Source: Eledone cirrhosa (Eukaryota). From it: a stretch of 64,000 nucleotides of DNA. A program made the translations under genes and the position numbers. Location: NCBI GenBank assembly GCA_964016885.1, contig OZ024741.1, positions 413,044,001 to 413,108,000 of the forward strand, given 5' to 3'. The notes beneath the pieces are model-generated. The model had not been told where the DNA came from. It saw only the letters and a program-made list of their open reading frames with translations, and searched no databases. Shown piece after piece: positions 60,983 to 64,000 of this stretch. Every line of letters begins with the position of its first letter. The first letter of the stretch is position 1.

Positions 60983-62156
60983 GGGAGACATGATATGAAG
61001 GTTAAAGAACATTGTGAATAGTGCAGTTTTAAATCAACATATGAAAAGTAGTTTTAGATTGATGTGTGATTTTGGGTAAAAAATGAGGGGGGTGGGGTGG
61101 AAAGGATCAAAAAGAGGAGGAGATGAGAGTAAAGAATGGAGGGGGAGGAGTATAATAAGGAAGGATGAGATAGGAGGAGAGATGGGTGATAGAGAGAGAG
61201 AGATAGCTTTTATAACTGAGAAAAATATATTGTTTTACATAGAGAGGTTGAAAAACCGTTGGAAGATAATATATAAATTAAAAGAATTTGAAAATTAACG
61301 AAGAGAAAAATTTAAGAATAATGTTAAATTAAGGTTTGTATATTGAAGGGTTTAATAATATGTGCGATGAAAAGAAATTGTTAATATGTATTAAGAATAA
61401 TATTAAGTTAAGGTTTGAATATTGAAGGGTTTAATAATATGTGTGATGGAAAGAAATTGTTGATATGTATTATAAAAAAAAAAATAGTAATGTAATTAAG
61501 GATATATTGTGAAAAGAAGTAGAAGAGTGGAAGAATTATGAATTTAGAGGAATTAGTTAGTATTTAAGTTTGTTTTTATGTAATGTAATATGTATGTGTA
61601 ATATATGTAAATAGTTTGTTTACAAATGAGCGCAGAAAGCAAAGAAGGTGATAGTGTTTAAGGAGAAGACCTTAACATCAAAATATGTATCTTTATGAAG
61701 TATTTCCTAATGGTAATAATATAATGTAATAAAGGAGATTAGTTAGGGTTTAAGTTTGTTTTTATGTGTTGTGATGTGTAATATGTAGAAGTTAGACGAG
61801 CATGAAATGGAGAAAAAATAATGAATTGAGGATAACGTCAAAAAAAAAAAATGTTTATGTTTGCGAAGGATTTTTCAAGGTGATACTATAAAGTATTTTA
61901 AAGGGTAATAGTAAGTTTCATGGCCAGTGATAGGATGGAAGAAGGAAGAGTGGATATATTGTGGTGAGTAATAATGAGAATTGAGAAGTATCTAGGAAGA
62001 AAAGGTACAGATTAGAGGTTAGAAATTAAAAGAAAAAAGGAAAAAAGGAAGAAAGGGAAGTGATAAATAGGAATTATATAGAATGAGTAACTAGTATTAT
62101 ATAATGTATAATAAATAACATTGAAATAAGGTAGAAAGATCGGTATATTTTAAAAG

Positions 62157-62232
<76 letters not shown>

Positions 62233-62272
62233 CTTTGAGAAAAAGGATCTTAAATTGGTAAAGTATTAGATA

Positions 62273-63030
62273 TTAGCTGTATACTTTATGGAATGTTCTG
62301 TGGAATTTATGCAAGCAGAGAGAAAACAAGTCAGTGCGTCTATTTATTATAGAATCTAAATTAGATATAATGGTAAATTTCTCACATAAAAAGATATTAC
62401 ATGTTTTGGATAGAGAGGCATTCAAGTATGGAGAGGCAGAACAAACCTTCCTCCAAGAGATGTTATAGTTAATATTTTTGTCTTTCAAGGACCATATGAG
62501 TTCTGAGAGTGCCGTGTTGGTTCTTTTAAGTTGGTATTTAAAAGACGAATGATGATTATAAAGACGTGCTTTAAAGGAGGTGGAAGTGGAGCCAAAATAG
62601 GTAAACGAATTGGTGTCAGTTATAACTTTACATTCATAGATTAAGTTTTTTTTCAAGATAATGGTTGTTGAGTGGTCATTTATTTTTAACAGGGCAATTA
62701 CAATTGCGATTAGAGAAATTAACAGAGTTATTAACAAGTGACCTAGTGTTATCTATAGGAGGAATTGGATTGGAGAAGTTATTTACGATAGGAATAATAG
62801 TTTCTTGATTTAGATTGGGATTAAGAACATTTAACGAAGTTGCGTTTGACGTTGTATTTGGGTTTGCAGAAATTAGCCTAGAGTTAATAATAACGTCGGG
62901 AGTACTATTACTATTATTATGATATTCAGTGTTGGAAGGAAGAGATTTAGTATTTAGTATTTTATTGTTGTGTTTAGAGATAATGTTGGAGCTGTTGGAG
63001 GAGGTCGAATAGGAAAATGTTAGTGTTGTA
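62273..63030 (-). pseudogene. Penelope linker + GIY-YIG endonuclease remnant
   Basis: FSYSTSSN..IISKHNNKIL...CNCPVKNK*; NLIYECKV...TYFGSTSTSFKARLYNHHSSF...TALSELIWSLK...ISW...LCEK. Confidence 0.85.
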
Positions 63031-63032
63031 GT

Positions 63033-63263
63033 CTCAGGGAGACAGTTACAATAGACAGGCTTAAGCAGGCTCACCTTGACACGGACGCTGTGGTTCCTGA
63101 TCCACGAACCCCTTCGTATTTGCCTGTTGAGCGAACGCCTGTTCCTGAACCACCATCATCGCCTGTCCCTACATCACCACCATCGCCACGTTACAAGACC
63201 ACGACCCGTTCAGGTCGTAGGGTCGACTGGCCCAAAAGATTTTGCAGCACCGTCTATATTTAG
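63033..63263 (+). pseudogene. Ty3/Gypsy integrase C-terminal remnant (frame not in the ORF track)
   Basis: Hand translation: LRETVTIDRLKQAHLD...PPSPRYKTTTRSGRRVDWPKRFCSTVYI*; TVxIDRLKxAHL and TRSGRRVxxPxRF are typical Gypsy pol termini. Confidence 0.7.
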
Positions 63264-63408
63264 ACTATGTTAGCTGCACCTTTTTTTGCCTCTGTGTTTC
63301 TGCTTTTTCTTTGCCTTGTTTTTTTTATGCATGCATGTCGTTTTTTTTTTAACATTTTTCAAATCCTTATTCTGGATTCAATTTTTGCTAGAGCGGATAG
63401 CTCCCCCT

Positions 63409-63707
63409 TGTTGCATTGTTCGCCATCTTACTCCACATGTGAGTAATGACATCGATTTTCGATAATTTGAAAATCTGGCTCGAGGTACTGTAGTAAGACG
63501 CCTCACGCTCCTTGATAGAACAACGCCGGTTGAGAACGCCAGAAAGAAAAGACAGACAGCCACTGGAAAGCCGACTGAACACACGCCAGAAACCAGCCTC
63601 TGTACAACACCATTGTTTGTGCTACATCAAAAAATAAACGTATATTTCATCTCTAATTTCTGCTGTTGAAATAATTATTATGTCACTCGTATCTCGATAA
63701 CATCTAC
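63409..63707 (+). mobile_element. Probable 3' LTR of the Gypsy element
   Basis: Begins TGTTG after a degenerate PPT-like stretch downstream of the pol stop; AATAAA at ~63633; candidate CA end at ~63700-63707; boundaries uncertain. Confidence 0.35.
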
Positions 63708-64000
63708 AACTAATACTGCTAAAGTGTGTTTGTTAAATATTTTACTATAGATATGTGAGGGAGGGAAGCATTTATTTAAGGCACTAAAGAATAATGTAGG
63801 AATATTATTATTAATAGAGATGGAGAAAGGAGCATTATACTAGATTATGTTTTTGTATCTAGGTCTTTTATTAAAGTTATTGGAATGATCATGATTAATT
63901 ATTTTAATGTAAGATCTTCTAGGATTTGTTTCTTTACTGTATTTGATTTTATCAGGATAACCGACTTTAGAAAGCGCGTTATTATAGTAATTGGCGTTAG

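Larger units (their letters stand above)
60786..63030 (-). mobile_element. 5'-truncated Penelope-like element with long 3' region and hammerhead
   Basis: GIY-YIG remnant 62273-63030; HHR at 60912-60982 near its 3' end; terminates at (TATG)n(TA)n. Confidence 0.8.

Overview
Eukaryotic, repeat-dominated window with no host protein-coding gene I can support. The SINE, RTE and MITE families look cephalopod (Octopus-like); this is an inference from recalled repeat motifs. Bases 1-34.6 kb are a C-rich compound satellite, a 35-bp core plus a variable (CCA)n tract. It carries a 908-bp non-autonomous Helitron that was copied inside a ~5.26-kb higher-order duplication. A 72-bp satellite follows at 34.7-36.4 kb. 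Bases 37-64 kb are (TA)n tracts packed with mobile elements: a near full-length RTE LINE with a PHD-type finger, an internally deleted mariner, three Penelope-like GIY-YIG fragments, SINEs, a CR1 end and a Gypsy end. The main hidden signal is hammerhead ribozyme (HHR) motifs of type I topology, found by eye. Nine have canonical or U3:A8-covariant cores and about seven more are degenerate or half copies, all within ~23 kb. They sit at Penelope 3' ends and in short ORF-less, (TA)n-embedded elements. Some of those elements are terminally redundant ~590-660-nt units (retrozyme-like); others are fold-back palindromes whose junctions fall inside the ribozyme. No fold has been computed or tested.
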